Shown: positions 50,401 through 62,400 of the stretch, piece after piece | Layout of the letters: each line of letters begins with the position of its first letter | Position numbering within the stretch: the stretch's first letter is position 1 | Source: Macrostomum hystrix | Taxonomy: Eukaryota; Animalia; Platyhelminthes | DNA: 64,000 nt | Direction of reading: 5' to 3' | Assembly (NCBI GenBank): GCA_950097015.1 | Contig: CATNEN010000034.1 | Location: forward strand, 5,890,001-5,954,000 | Translations under genes and position numbers: made by a program | The notes under the pieces: generated by a model | Told to the model about the DNA's origin: nothing | Databases searched by the model: none | Seen by the model: the letters and a program-made list of their open reading frames with translations, nothing else

Positions 50401-53400
50401 GTTGTTTGGGATTGAACTACCAGCAGCAGCAGCAGCATTGCAGAATGCGACAATGGGCTAGGGGGGAATAGGGAGAAATAAAAGCATACAGGTGGCTATA
50501 CGATCCCCTATATTGATGCCGCCATCAAGGTAAGAAACTCGGATTCTAGCTCGGGCTAGTAAGTGAGGATATGGGGGAGCAAACAATGAGAAAGTGGGGA
50601 TGGCGGAGATGAGGCGGGAAAGCTCGGCCGTGGTGGCAGCTCATATTTGTCAGATTAATGGCTTCCCACATCCACAGCCCCGGGTTCGGGCCGCTATTAT
50701 GCGGCCGACAATTGCTTCAGCAATATGGTTCCGAAAAAGCGATTTGAAAGCGAAGGCCTTATTAGCTCGCGCTAGGACCCCACCCGGCCCTCCTTCCTTT
50801 ATTTAGTTTCTTATTCTCCTGCATTTATAAGGCTTCTCAAATGAATGTGAGCACACACAATCACACGCGCAGAGAGGGAGAGAGAGAAGCAAACTCGAAC
50901 AAGGTGTGAGCCTGAGAACACAAACCGGCTGTTTCAGGCAGCCTGGTGGGTTTGACTGGATTAAGAATTGAGCGGACGCCTGCCCACCCACACAATGAAA
51001 CTTCCCCAGGTTTCCAAAACCGCTGGCAGTCCGATATCTCACAAAACACCAGCTTTGTTGTTCAATCGAATGCAGGTAGGGGAGGCGGTTTTGGCCCGGC
51101 CAAGCCATTTCTCCCTCTCTTTCTTACTCCGTGCTATTGTTTGCTTTGCGGAAACTCGAGCGGCCCACAGTTTCAGGGCCAGCAAAAGAGAGAGAGAAAG
51201 ACTGCCCGAAGGCTGCTCCAGTGCGGCAGTCCAGCTTAAAGAAGACAAGGCGGGGCGCCGCTGCCGCTGCCGCCGTCGGCGCCGCCGCAATTTCTCTGTC
51301 GAAGCATCGCATGCTTCTGGTTGTGGGATGAGGGGGCTAGTCCAGTCTTAGGGAAACAAAAGCTATATGGCTGGCTTGGTGGCTGAATTCAGCATGGGAA
51401 TGGGGCCTCGGTGTGTGCGCCGTGTTGTGTGTCAAACTGCCAGCCCGTCCGTCCTAAGTCCGCCTGTGTTCCCTGGCCTCCATTGCTCCTCATCCGCCTA
51501 GTCCCGGCCATTGTTGCCTTATCGACTTTGCCGCGAGTGGAACAGTAGAGAGAGAGAGAGAAGGAGAGGATGAGGAGAGAAGGCCCAGAAGATGGGAATG
51601 GATTTGGCAGAAAAATATTTTTGGGGGGAGGCGAGCGAAGCAGTTGCTCACTGCTTTTTTTCTGCTCAAGTTTTGTTTGAATTTGAAAGAAAGTCGACCC
51701 AGCGGCTGGCGGCCTTCTCGCAGACCGGCGACCCCCCCCGGGTCGACCCGCGATGAGTGAATGTGAAGTGAGTTATTGGGAAGCTTGGGAGAGAGGTAGG
51801 CGTCATCACTCATCAACGCACCCCCCACGGGCTCGGATCGAAGCGAGCACGCGCGCCGAGGGAAATTGAGGGAGGAGGTGGAGGAGCGGAAGGTGAATAA
51901 AGAGGTGAGAATAGCGATGGCGGAGCTCCGGCGGCCGCGGGAGTCTTGACAGGCCCCGGCCCCGAACGGTGTGTCTTTTTTTGGGGCGCATTTCCCGCCA
52001 CCGGGGACTCCAAGAGGCTCCGCCGCCGAGCCAGGCGCGGCAGGATATGGGACGTCAAGCGGCGCTGCTGCGGCAGCTCCCAGTTGGGGAGGGTGGGGGG
52101 AGGCCAGAGTCGGGAGAACAGAAGAAGTGGACGCCGGTCGAAAAGTCGACGTCGCGGTATTGGGATCTGGTGTGGCCTAGCAAAGTTTCGTTCCCCTCCT
52201 CATCCCTCATTCTTTCTTCCACTTCTTCGCCTCTTCCAGCGGGGAATTTTTTTCCTACCTCACCCTCTCGGCCTTTAATTGGGTATTTGATGCGAGTACA
52301 AAAGGAGAGAGAGGGTAAGAGAGAGGTGAGACTCGGATTTCAGCTGCGGCCTACTCGGCAGCGATCGCATTCCAAGCTTCTGAATGAATGTTTGGTAGAG
52401 CAGGCGCCGGTTACTCCTTGAGTTAGTGGGGCGGAGGCAGAGAGCCTCATAGAGAGGCGAACGGTGAGTTTGAGGTGCGCTGAACGAGATCGGTTAGAAT
52501 CGGCCTATATAAACGGCCGAGTCTAATCGAGTTATGAAGCTCTAGCATCCCCAGTATAGGCTCGGATTACCCTGGCCCGGCCCAACAACTCCGCCAAGCT
52601 CAGAAATCATACGGTCGCATGTGTGTGGGGGGTTCACCTTCCTGTGTGGAAAGCTGGGCATGGAAATTGGAATTGGAGGCTGGCGGACTTGGATTGGGGG
52701 GGGCATTGTTGCATTCGAGCCGGCCTGTGCACCTTCTGGCAATTGTGTTTGCCTCTCCGCGCCATCCACTCGCCTCCGCTCTTTCTTCCCTTACAAATCT
52801 TCCCATCTCCCACCCTACCTGGTGTTGGCTTTTAATGAAAATCAACTTTCCCATCCCATTTCGGCACCCACCCCAGCTGAACAGGCACGAGTCAGTGTTC
52901 AGTGCCCTCGGCACCCCAAATCTTATATCCTTCCTTTCATCTCATTCATCCTTTCTGGTCTAAGCTCTGTGGGTCGCCTGCACCGGTTCCTGCCTTCAGC
53001 TCGGCTGTCAAATATTGCTCCCCAAGCCGCCTATTATTCCCAACTCGCAGCTTTCTGAACGCTCGGCCTCGACCTTGTGGCGGTCGATTCGGAAATTGAG
53101 CTCTCTTCCTCTCTCCCTCTCTCTTTGCTCTAAAAATGTGAAAGAAAAACATTTGACGCCGCTGGAAATATTCCGAACTTCTTCACGAAACTTGTAAAAA
53201 CGAAAAAGCAGCTAAAAATTGTTTTCCAGGAATCGAAATAGACATTGTTAAGTGAGAAGCGTATGGCGCACGAAGTTGGATCCGCAGGTTTTGGCTACTT
53301 CATTACTTATTTGTCGATGCGTGAAGCCACTTGTTACTTTCCACTCTTTGGCCTCTTTTTATTCAACAACTTTGCCTGGCAGTTTTCAAGACCGACAGTT

Positions 53401-56400
53401 CTGGAACAATTAGGCGAACAGTTTTTGAGTGAGTCTTCCAGACAGCAGCGGAGAAGACAATGGAAGAATGGGTGGGGTGGGTGGCCGAGGCTCACTGAGT
53501 GCTGGTGTTGAGAAGAAAGGAAATGTTTGAGACGAAAATTTCCCAAAAAATCCCTTTAAAAATCGTCAAGTTGTTTTCTTGCATCCAAGCGTGGCGCCCA
53601 GATGCCACACAAGTTTGGGAACAAAAAAATTATTGGTCATTTCAATTCCCGTATTCCATCCACTCCACGCAGCGAAATGAAAGCATTTTCCTACTCCCGC
53701 CTGTCTATTCCTCTTTCATTGAATGACTTGAGCAGCAGAGCTGGAGAGAGCACACAAAACTTGTTGCCGCCACAGCCAAATTGTTTTGCCTTTGTGAGTC
53801 TCCCCGGCTGGTTAATCGGCAATTCATCTGACAGGAGGAATGTCAAATTGTTTGTCGCACCGGTGGCTCATTGGTTAGGGTGGTTGTCTGTGTTTCTGTT
53901 CACAGACACGTTTCTGCTTGAGCAGCCTCGAGCTGCTCTGTAGGGGTGGCCGAGGTCGGCCTTGCGTGACGCTGAGCAGTTTGATGCGGCTGACAATGGC
54001 ATGGCTGCAGGTCTGTTTCTGGTAGAGAGAGGATGAGAGGGGGCGGGGAAAACTTTCCGAACCTGATTATTCCCGACTTGGTAGGCCTGGAGGCATGGCG
54101 TTTTTTTTGCGCGGGCAGCAGTGGCGAGGGACAGAAGTTTGAGATGGGGATAAAGGAGTTTTTGAAAAAGCTGCCGGAATGCCGGCCTCGCTTCCCACCT
54201 GCATGCGGCATACAATGGCGTGCGGGTGCGGGGGGGTGGCAGCTCAACTCCCCGGGATGATGAAGTGACGGCCGCGACCCCTCCCCACTCCTCGCTGGCC
54301 GCGGCTCCAGCCACCCAGCCGCCGCCGCCGCCACAACCGCTGCTGCTGCTGCTGCGGCCGATTCCCCGAGACCATGGGGGTCCGATGAAGTAAAACAGGC
54401 CCCCACCCAACCCCCGTAAAACTTTGAGTAGGCGGGATGAGGCCTGCGAGAGGACGCGGATAGACACGGGAGATGAGAGCGGGTGCGGAGTTGAAGTGAG
54501 GGCAGGCGGGACTCGTAAAGCTCGGATCCCTTAGCAGGGCTCGCGACTCGGCTGGGGGGTTGCAGGCTCTCATGATGAAGCTCTCCGGGTGGGTGGCGGA
54601 GGTTAGGGGGATTCTGGGAAGAGCCCGGTCTCCCATTGTTCACCGGGGCCGGGTGGCATTGTGTGTGGCTGAGGGCGGCAGCAGCAGCAGCAGCAGCCCT
54701 ACAGGTAGAGATAATTAGGGAGAAATAGAATTACTGCTCAATTATTCATGCGGCCCCGGACCCGGGACTGGAGCTCGCGAGTGGCCCCGGACCAGCCAGC
54801 GAGAGACAGAGGGAGTCGGGGCAGTTTTGGAGAGGAACTGAACTTGAGTCCCCCTCCCGCATTGTGTTGTTGTTGCGCCGGCCAGATACAATTTGGGCTG
54901 CAGTTGCGTATTTCTCTGTCTCAGTCTTGCATGCCTGCAACAGGAGGTGCGGAGGTGGCGGCGGCCGCGTCGGCGGCGGACGGCAGAAATTTTGGGAAAA
55001 GCTCCCCCCGCTGAGCCCGGCTCGACCCTGCAGCCAGCTGAATAGCCTCTCCCCCCCTCTCTCTCTCGCGTTTAGCTATCAAAAGCCTTTGGAAAAATTT
55101 CCAAACCTAACAGCCTGAGACGAGCAACCGCCGCGGGTTCTCTTTGGAACAAAAGCTTTGCAACTTTGCTGCTGCTGCTGCTGCTGCTGGACGAGGAGTT
55201 TGAAAAAAAGTTGCGGGTAGTCCGGTTGAGCTGGGACTAGTTCAGCTTGGAATTCTATTCCTCCAGCGAGTCATATTGCCGCTTTCTGCAGGTGGGCTGG
55301 TTTGCGAGCCTGTTATTGCTGCATGAGAGAGAGATGGGCCTGTGGCAATTTGGTTTTTATTTCATTCCAACTTTTTATAATATAGTCCGGCCTTTGAAGC
55401 TGAGCTGTTTTGAGACGATGTTTGGCTGAGGAAAGAATAATAAAAATTGAGTCCCAGGATTTTCTATATAGCCTCAATTACTCCCTGAGTTCCTGGCGAA
55501 TCCCCACTATTATAGCTCGACCGGGTCTCATGCCCGGAGTTGTTGCCATAAAAAATCCCCCCATTGCTCCAGTCGGCCGGTCGGCTCTCTTCGCGCTCGC
55601 TCGCTTGACTGGTCGCACGCGGCCGACTCTCTCTATAGCCCCCCTACCTCCATTGAGCACCTGCTTGGTTCGCAATTGTTAACACTCGCTAGCATTGTAT
55701 CATGGCTTGCTGACACTCGCGCAGTGTAGCATTTCAGATCTCCGGGACTTGACTGGAACAGGAAAGACCCGACCCGCACATCCTCACTTTGGGGTTGGGC
55801 GGCGCTGATGCTGGAGTCACACGGAACAATTTGCGATGCTGAAACGAGTCGCTTGCATCGGGGATGGCCCGAGGGGGGTTGGCGTCTGGTTAGGCTATGC
55901 CAAGTCAGGTCTATAGGTGGGACGAAGAGGATTTGAGAAAAGCAGAAGGTGGAAAAGGTTCTGGTAGACGTATCTCACTCTCTCTCTCCGCCCCCCTTGT
56001 CTCCGGATTCCGCAATTCTTCCTCCTTCCTCGAATGGCAGGCCCGAGCGAGTGACTGTTGAGTAGGGTACGCACAATGCCCGTCAGATGACTTCCCACTT
56101 CCCTCGGGGGGGAACGTGTGGTGGAAGAGACATCGGAGGAACAGAATGGAAGGGTGTAAAGAACAAAGAATTTCTGTTATAGGGGCCGCTGCTGCAGTTC
56201 CCACGGCCCGCTAGCAGTCTCGAAAACCTCCTTTCCCTCATCTCCCCGGCCCGCAGCTTCCCTCATTATTGTCCGCTCGTGGCTCGGCGGATCGCATTTT
56301 TTAATGGCTTTTACCTTGCACCCCACCCTGCCTGGCCTTATTTATTCGCAGCTCACGAAAACTCAAAACATGCACGCACCCAGGCTTGACTCAGACAAGC

Positions 56401-59400
56401 AGCTTCCAGACACAGCGAGGACTTCGGGCTTACCCCGCGGCTTCGGATATTGGGGCCCATTGTCCGCAGTTTTTTTATTGCCTTCCTAGCGACAACTGCT
56501 CAATAAAAATAGCTTGTGACAAATGATAGATTGCTTGCTCAGAACCGCAGCCTCGCCTGCTTTCAAATCGAATCTAATTGAGCTGCGATCTCAACACGAT
56601 TATTGAAACTTGAGCAGCTAGTCTAATTAAACAGACTAAAAGTCTCACACACGACCTGGCGATCTCAGATACTCTTGTTGTTGGGAGTTTTTTCCTCTTC
56701 ATGTCTGTCCCTCTCAGTTCGCATCTGACATGAAAAAAGCAACCATTTTTTTTGCTTTGGGATCGCCCATTCAAAGGAATGCCTCAGTGGTGACAGCGAA
56801 ATGTTGAGAAGAGAAACGGGATACGGGACGCCTGCAGTCTCAAAGGGGATGACAGTTGATTAATCCAGTCTCGGAGTTATTGAATCGCTCGAACTAAGCT
56901 GGCGAACATTGGCAATAAAAAAACACAGCATTGAAGAACAATGCAGGAAGCGGTGAAAAATTGTTTTCGTCTGATTCCTACATTGCCGACATCCCACTGA
57001 CAATGACAGGCAAGTCACCCCCAGGCCCTTAGATATCGATTTACCTTGCCGCACCTCAAAAGCCGCTTTGCTCAGTTATACCATTATTCCCAAACCACCT
57101 CCGACCCAAAAATGTTCCTCCCCACACCAAATTTTTTTCGATCGAGGTCGAAGGAAGTTTTTCCCAGTTTTTGCTCAATGGCTTTGAAACAAAGATTTGA
57201 AGGAAAGCTGATCCGCCTGCTTGCAAGTGCGCGGCCGTCCCCCTGGATTCTGCTTCAGCTTCCCTTTTGTGCTCAACTGTGCTCAAGCACCTCTGAGGGC
57301 TGAGTTATGGGAAATCGGATGGGGAAGGCAAGGCCTCCAAAGGGATTTGCTCCCGGCCGAATTTAAAAGCCGGGAGGTGTGAATTGAGTGGAAGAAAATG
57401 TGTGTTTGTTTGCTAGTTGCAAGCAGTTTTCACTTTCAGCGAGTCAGCGAGGAAAGAAGCAATAGAAGAGGCCTGTGGTGACTGCATTATCGATTTGACT
57501 TGCAACTCTCTTCTTCTCGCGCAGTGGGTTCGAGACGCTGGAGTAGGGGGTTGGCAGGCCCTGGGGGGACGCTGTGTGGAGCTGAAATGGGATTAGGGAA
57601 TTTTTGGGACAGACGGAGCTTAGGGGCAGGCTGAGGCAGCAGCTTGTGTGGCAGGGGAGGTTGGGAGGATAGCTTGAGACTCGAGCGAAACAATGCACTC
57701 GCCAGTGGGGACGGGTCTATTGTGTTTCAGAGTCGGAGGAGGAGGGGAGGCTGGCTGCGCGGCAGGGGGTTGGCGCTACGAAGGGCCTGGTTGGCAGTGA
57801 CTGAAGGCTCCTGCTAGAGCGGGCCGCCCGCGGTGGCTCCTGCTGACACCTGTGCGCGCCGCGGGCGGAGGAGGCTGTGCGATGTCGGAGATGAGGGCGC
57901 GACCCACCACGGGGGGGGGGTTGGGCGGAACGAGCGGGAAGAAATCGATTGCTAGAAGAGGTTCTGGCCTGATGAGAACGAGAGAGAGAGTGTGAGAGCT
58001 TCAGCACCGGTGGTAAAAAAGCTTGGCGCCCTTCAGGCCGGTCCTGTGGGGATCTGGAATTCGGGGAGCTTTTTCAGCTACGCCTCGTTGCTCTGCCACT
58101 ATCCCCTACATCGAGAGTTTTTTCTGACTCCCGCCCTCGTCTCTCCTTCCCAGCCTCTCGCTCGGTCATCGACCTCGTCAATTCATCGAAATTCGCGCAG
58201 CTGACTCGAATGCCTTTCTATGAAAAATGAAATGGGTAAAAAATCCCCCCTCAGAACAACAAGAGAGCGCTAGAGAAAGGTGGGTTTAGGGGAGAACAAT
58301 GAGCACAGCACTGGGGGGAGTGGAACAGATCGACTCCAGGTGGAGACACGGTGAAATAGCGGCTTGGATCTCCGAGTGCGGCCGAGGGGCTGCTCAAGCA
58401 GGGGCGCCGCAAAGTCCCGCTACTCCAGGGTCTGAGAGGGGAGTGACAGGAAGCTCTCGCCAGCACCCGCGTGAACGCGCCCCCTGTCTTCTGGGTGAAT
58501 GGGCCGGGGGCCCGCACTGTTTGTTCAGGTAATCATTCAGCCTCCCCTCCCTCCCCCGTCCAAAACCGAATTCGCGCCGCCGCCTCTCCTCGGTGCCTCT
58601 TCGGGTCCCGCGCTGCTCCGGAAATCAGCTCCGCTAGGGGGGGTGGAACAATGGGAACAGAATCCTCTCATGCCCCTGGCCGCCACTGAAGCCCCCCGGG
58701 ACAGCGGCGAACAATGGCTGACTGGGGGGAAACGAGGCTTTCAAGGGGAGTGAGCGGTTTTCAGGTCGGGGGATCGAGTCGCGTTCCATTCTCCCCCTCC
58801 CCTGCCACTCGTCCTCTCGACCCGGCCCTTCTCCCAGTCCTCGAAAAAAGACCAAAAATAAGCCTTTCTCCCTAGCCACAAAGCTGGATGGGCGGGGAAC
58901 AATGACTTTCGAGTGTTGGCATAGGAAAGAGGGGGACTATAATTGTGTCACAAAATTCCGGTGGAAGGGGAAGTGGCAATTTTTTGCGAGGCATTTTGGA
59001 GTTAACCGGCTGACAGGGTGGAAAGGCTTAGAGACAAGTGAATGAGTGAGCACACGAGCATGGTATCAGCTGCTGGTTCCCTTCACTCACCTCAGCAGGT
59101 CTGGCAAATGCTCATTATCCCTGCCCTCCCCTCCACACCAAAGCTATTCAATTCCAGTTCCCGTTTCGCCAGACTTCGGTTTGGCCGCTTGACACTTGAG
59201 AGAGTTAGAGAGAGAGTGAGTGAGCTGTCATGGTGACAAAACTCTTCGATGCCTTGGGCGCAGTTTCGGTGTCGTCTGCGGAACGCTGATTTTTTGCTCC
59301 GCAGTCTGTCCCACGGGAGTTGGGAGCGCGGGGAGAGGGGCGGGAACAACAGTGAAACTAAGGAGAGCTACTTCCTGTTAGTGGCACCAGCGGATTTGCC

Positions 59401-62400
59401 GACCCTTCGGCGCGCACGAGTGCCTTGAGAGGGTTTGGTAGATCGTGTGTTTGTCCAGCAGTTCCGCTTGATTCAGTCTGTTCCCTAACAGTCACTAGCA
59501 CTATCCACTCGCATTCAATAGGCATTGTTGTGTTTTTCGCATCGCATTGTCTCAGCTTGAACCTTGGCTAGTTCCGTGAACGGATGAACTTTTTCCGGAA
59601 GTTTTATTGTTTCCCGCAATCTTCGAGTTTTATTGTATGACCTAAGAACCGTCCATTTTATTAGCTACTCAAATAAGAGAATAACTTACAATGATATTTC
59701 TCTCACTGTCATTCACTTTCATTCTATCTTGTCACTCTTCGAAAACTAGTCACTCGTGTCATTCTATCTAGTCACTCTTGTCATTCTATCTAGTCACTCT
59801 TGTCATTCTATCTAGTCACTCTTGTCATTCTATCTAGTCACTCTTGTCATTCTATCTAGTCACTCTTGTCATTCTATCTAGTCACTCTTGTCATTCTATC
59901 TAGTCACTCTCGTCATTCTATCTAGTCACTTTTGTCATTCTATCTAGTCACTTTTGTCATTCTATCTAGTCACTCTCGTCATTCTATCTAGTCACTCTCG
60001 TCATTCTATCTAGTCACTCTTGTCATTCTATCTAGTCACTTTTGTCATTCTATCTAGTCACTCTTGTCATTCTATCTAGTCACTTTTGTCATTCTATCTA
60101 GTCACTCTTGTCATTCTATCTAGTCACTCTTGTCATTCTATCTAGTCACTCTTGTCATTCTATCTATTTAGTCACTCTCGTCATTTAATCTAGTCAATCT
60201 TGTCACTCAAATCAATCCTATCGTTACTCAAACTACTCAAAATCTTACAATAACAGTCGCTATATTCTCCCCTTCATTCTCCCTGCACAGCGTCTGGTGC
60301 AGAGCCTGTCGCCCAGGTGCGAGCCACCGAACCGGCAGCGCCTGCTCGACCAGCTGCTGCCAGCGGCCCTAGCCACCGAGCAGGCCGCCGTGAAGGCCGC
60401 CCTGATCGGCGGCGTCCCCGGAGTTCGTGCCTTCTCAGCCGAGGTCTGGTGCAACCGGGCCGGCGTCAGGCTGCTCACACTGCGCGCCTTCGTGCCGCAC
60501 GAGGCCTCCGCTCAGGGACAGCAGCAGCAGCAGCAGCAGCAGCAGTCTTCTTCGTCAAAGTGCCGCGTTCTGGAGACGCGACCGGTGCGTATAAAAAAGT
60601 GTATTTTTTCCTGCTTATCTGAATCTGTTTGACTTATCTTGTCCACCTGTCTGAATCTGTCTGTCTTATCTTGTCCACCTGTCTGAATCTGTTTGACTTA
60701 TCTTGTCCACCTGTCTGAATCTGTTTGACTTATCTTGTCCACCTGTCTGAATCTGTTTGACTTATCTTGTCCACCTGTCTGAATCTGTTTGACTTATCTT
60801 GTCCACCTGTCTGAATCTGTCTGTTGATCATTATAACTCATCGTTTTCTCGCAAAAAAGCTGGAACGATTCGCTTCTCGGCGTATTTAATCTACGAGCTA
60901 TTTGTGCTCCTACCTTGATTTGAGCCTGGTGCAAGGGCTATTGTGAAATGAGAAGCTAAGGAAATTATTTTTATAGAAGAATCTAACTTTTCTGTATGTG
61001 TGACTGGTCGGGGAGTCGGTGGGCCGATCAAAAGGTGTGTGGGATCAGGAGATGAGAGGCCGATGAGTCTCCATTGAGGCCTGAAATTTAGAATAAGAGA
61101 AGAGGATAAAACTGGCCTAAAGAGATCCCAAGTTTTCTGAAAAGGAGGAAGCGAAGAAGCGTAGCTCGAGGATGATGGAAGAAGCTTGTCAGCCAGGAGT
61201 GGAGACCGGGCCGAGCCTTCAAGCTCCGACAGGAAAAGCTTCCACGGACGTCTTTTCAAGTCGGAGAGGCCGGTGACAATGAGGCCGAGTTCCGCTCTCG
61301 AACAATGAATGGAGCGCCTTCCACGCCATTCCTACCCCCTTCTCCGTCTGCCTTCTCTCTTTCTGTCTCCTCTCCTCTCTGAGGAATTTCAAGTCTACTC
61401 GATCCTCGCCACTGTCTTCCTTGCTCCATTGACTCAAGCGGCGGCAGCGGACGCCGGGAGTCGCTGGTGACTGGCCTGAAATGAATTTATCGGTCGCCAA
61501 GGGATTGTAGCCAGCTTCCTTTTCAAGTTATTATATTCCCCATTCTCCTCAGTCTCCGGGGCTGTTCCTCGCAGGTTGAAGATCTCTTTTTCTTAGTCAA
61601 GTCACGACACTCTGTTAACTGATGAGCCCCTGCCTGATCCTAACGGCCTGCCCGCATCTTGCATGAGTATAGCTCGCGATTTTCCTTGAAGCCTTCGCTG
61701 CCTCTATTGTTGAGGATTTGTCGGATCTGAGGGGGGGCGCTTCGTGCGGCGGCTGCAGCCGATCGCCATTCTGTCGCCAGGGCGCTCCTGACTTCATTCC
61801 GCTGGGGCGACAGGGATTTAAGAGGAATAGTTTGGGAGAATCGCGGGTGATGAAGCATCTCCGAGCCCAATGACTGCTGGTAGGGTCTCCCCCACCCCAA
61901 GCTGACTCAATCGACTTGACAACCGCCGCCTGAGCAGCTGAGTTATTGCACCTTAAATCGCATCGCGACTTTGAACTCAAATGGGGGATGAACGGGCTAA
62001 GCATAGCTAGTCAGCAACTGAGTTTATTTCTTCTCTTTAAACTATTTTTTCACGCAATTTTCTTGAGGAACGTAAATTTTTCTGAAATTCATTAATTTTC
62101 CGGATTTACGTGTTTTTTCGTGAAATCATTAGATTTTCCGGATTTATAGGAAAATTTTCAGATTTGACGCAAATTCTCCGGATTATTAAAGATTTTTTTG
62201 CCCAGACTTTTTCATTGTAATTTTTACTTTGCTATTTTATAACGTATTCTGCGGATACTGCATTATGTACAAGATATTTTTTAAAGCCGCTAACAGTCGC
62301 TGGTACTTTGTTTGAATTTTTGCACTACAACATCTAACCGATACTAAGAGTCATAAAATCCCAATGCCCCGCATTTGGCAGCTACCAAACCTGGACCTGC

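Noticed and set aside
47700-59700. Numerous 60-250-aa ORFs within the large intron
   Set aside because: No domain motifs or consistent exon-like codon style; the exon 2 to exon 3 junction is already continuous in the hAT alignment. Hidden nested genes cannot be excluded without RNA data.
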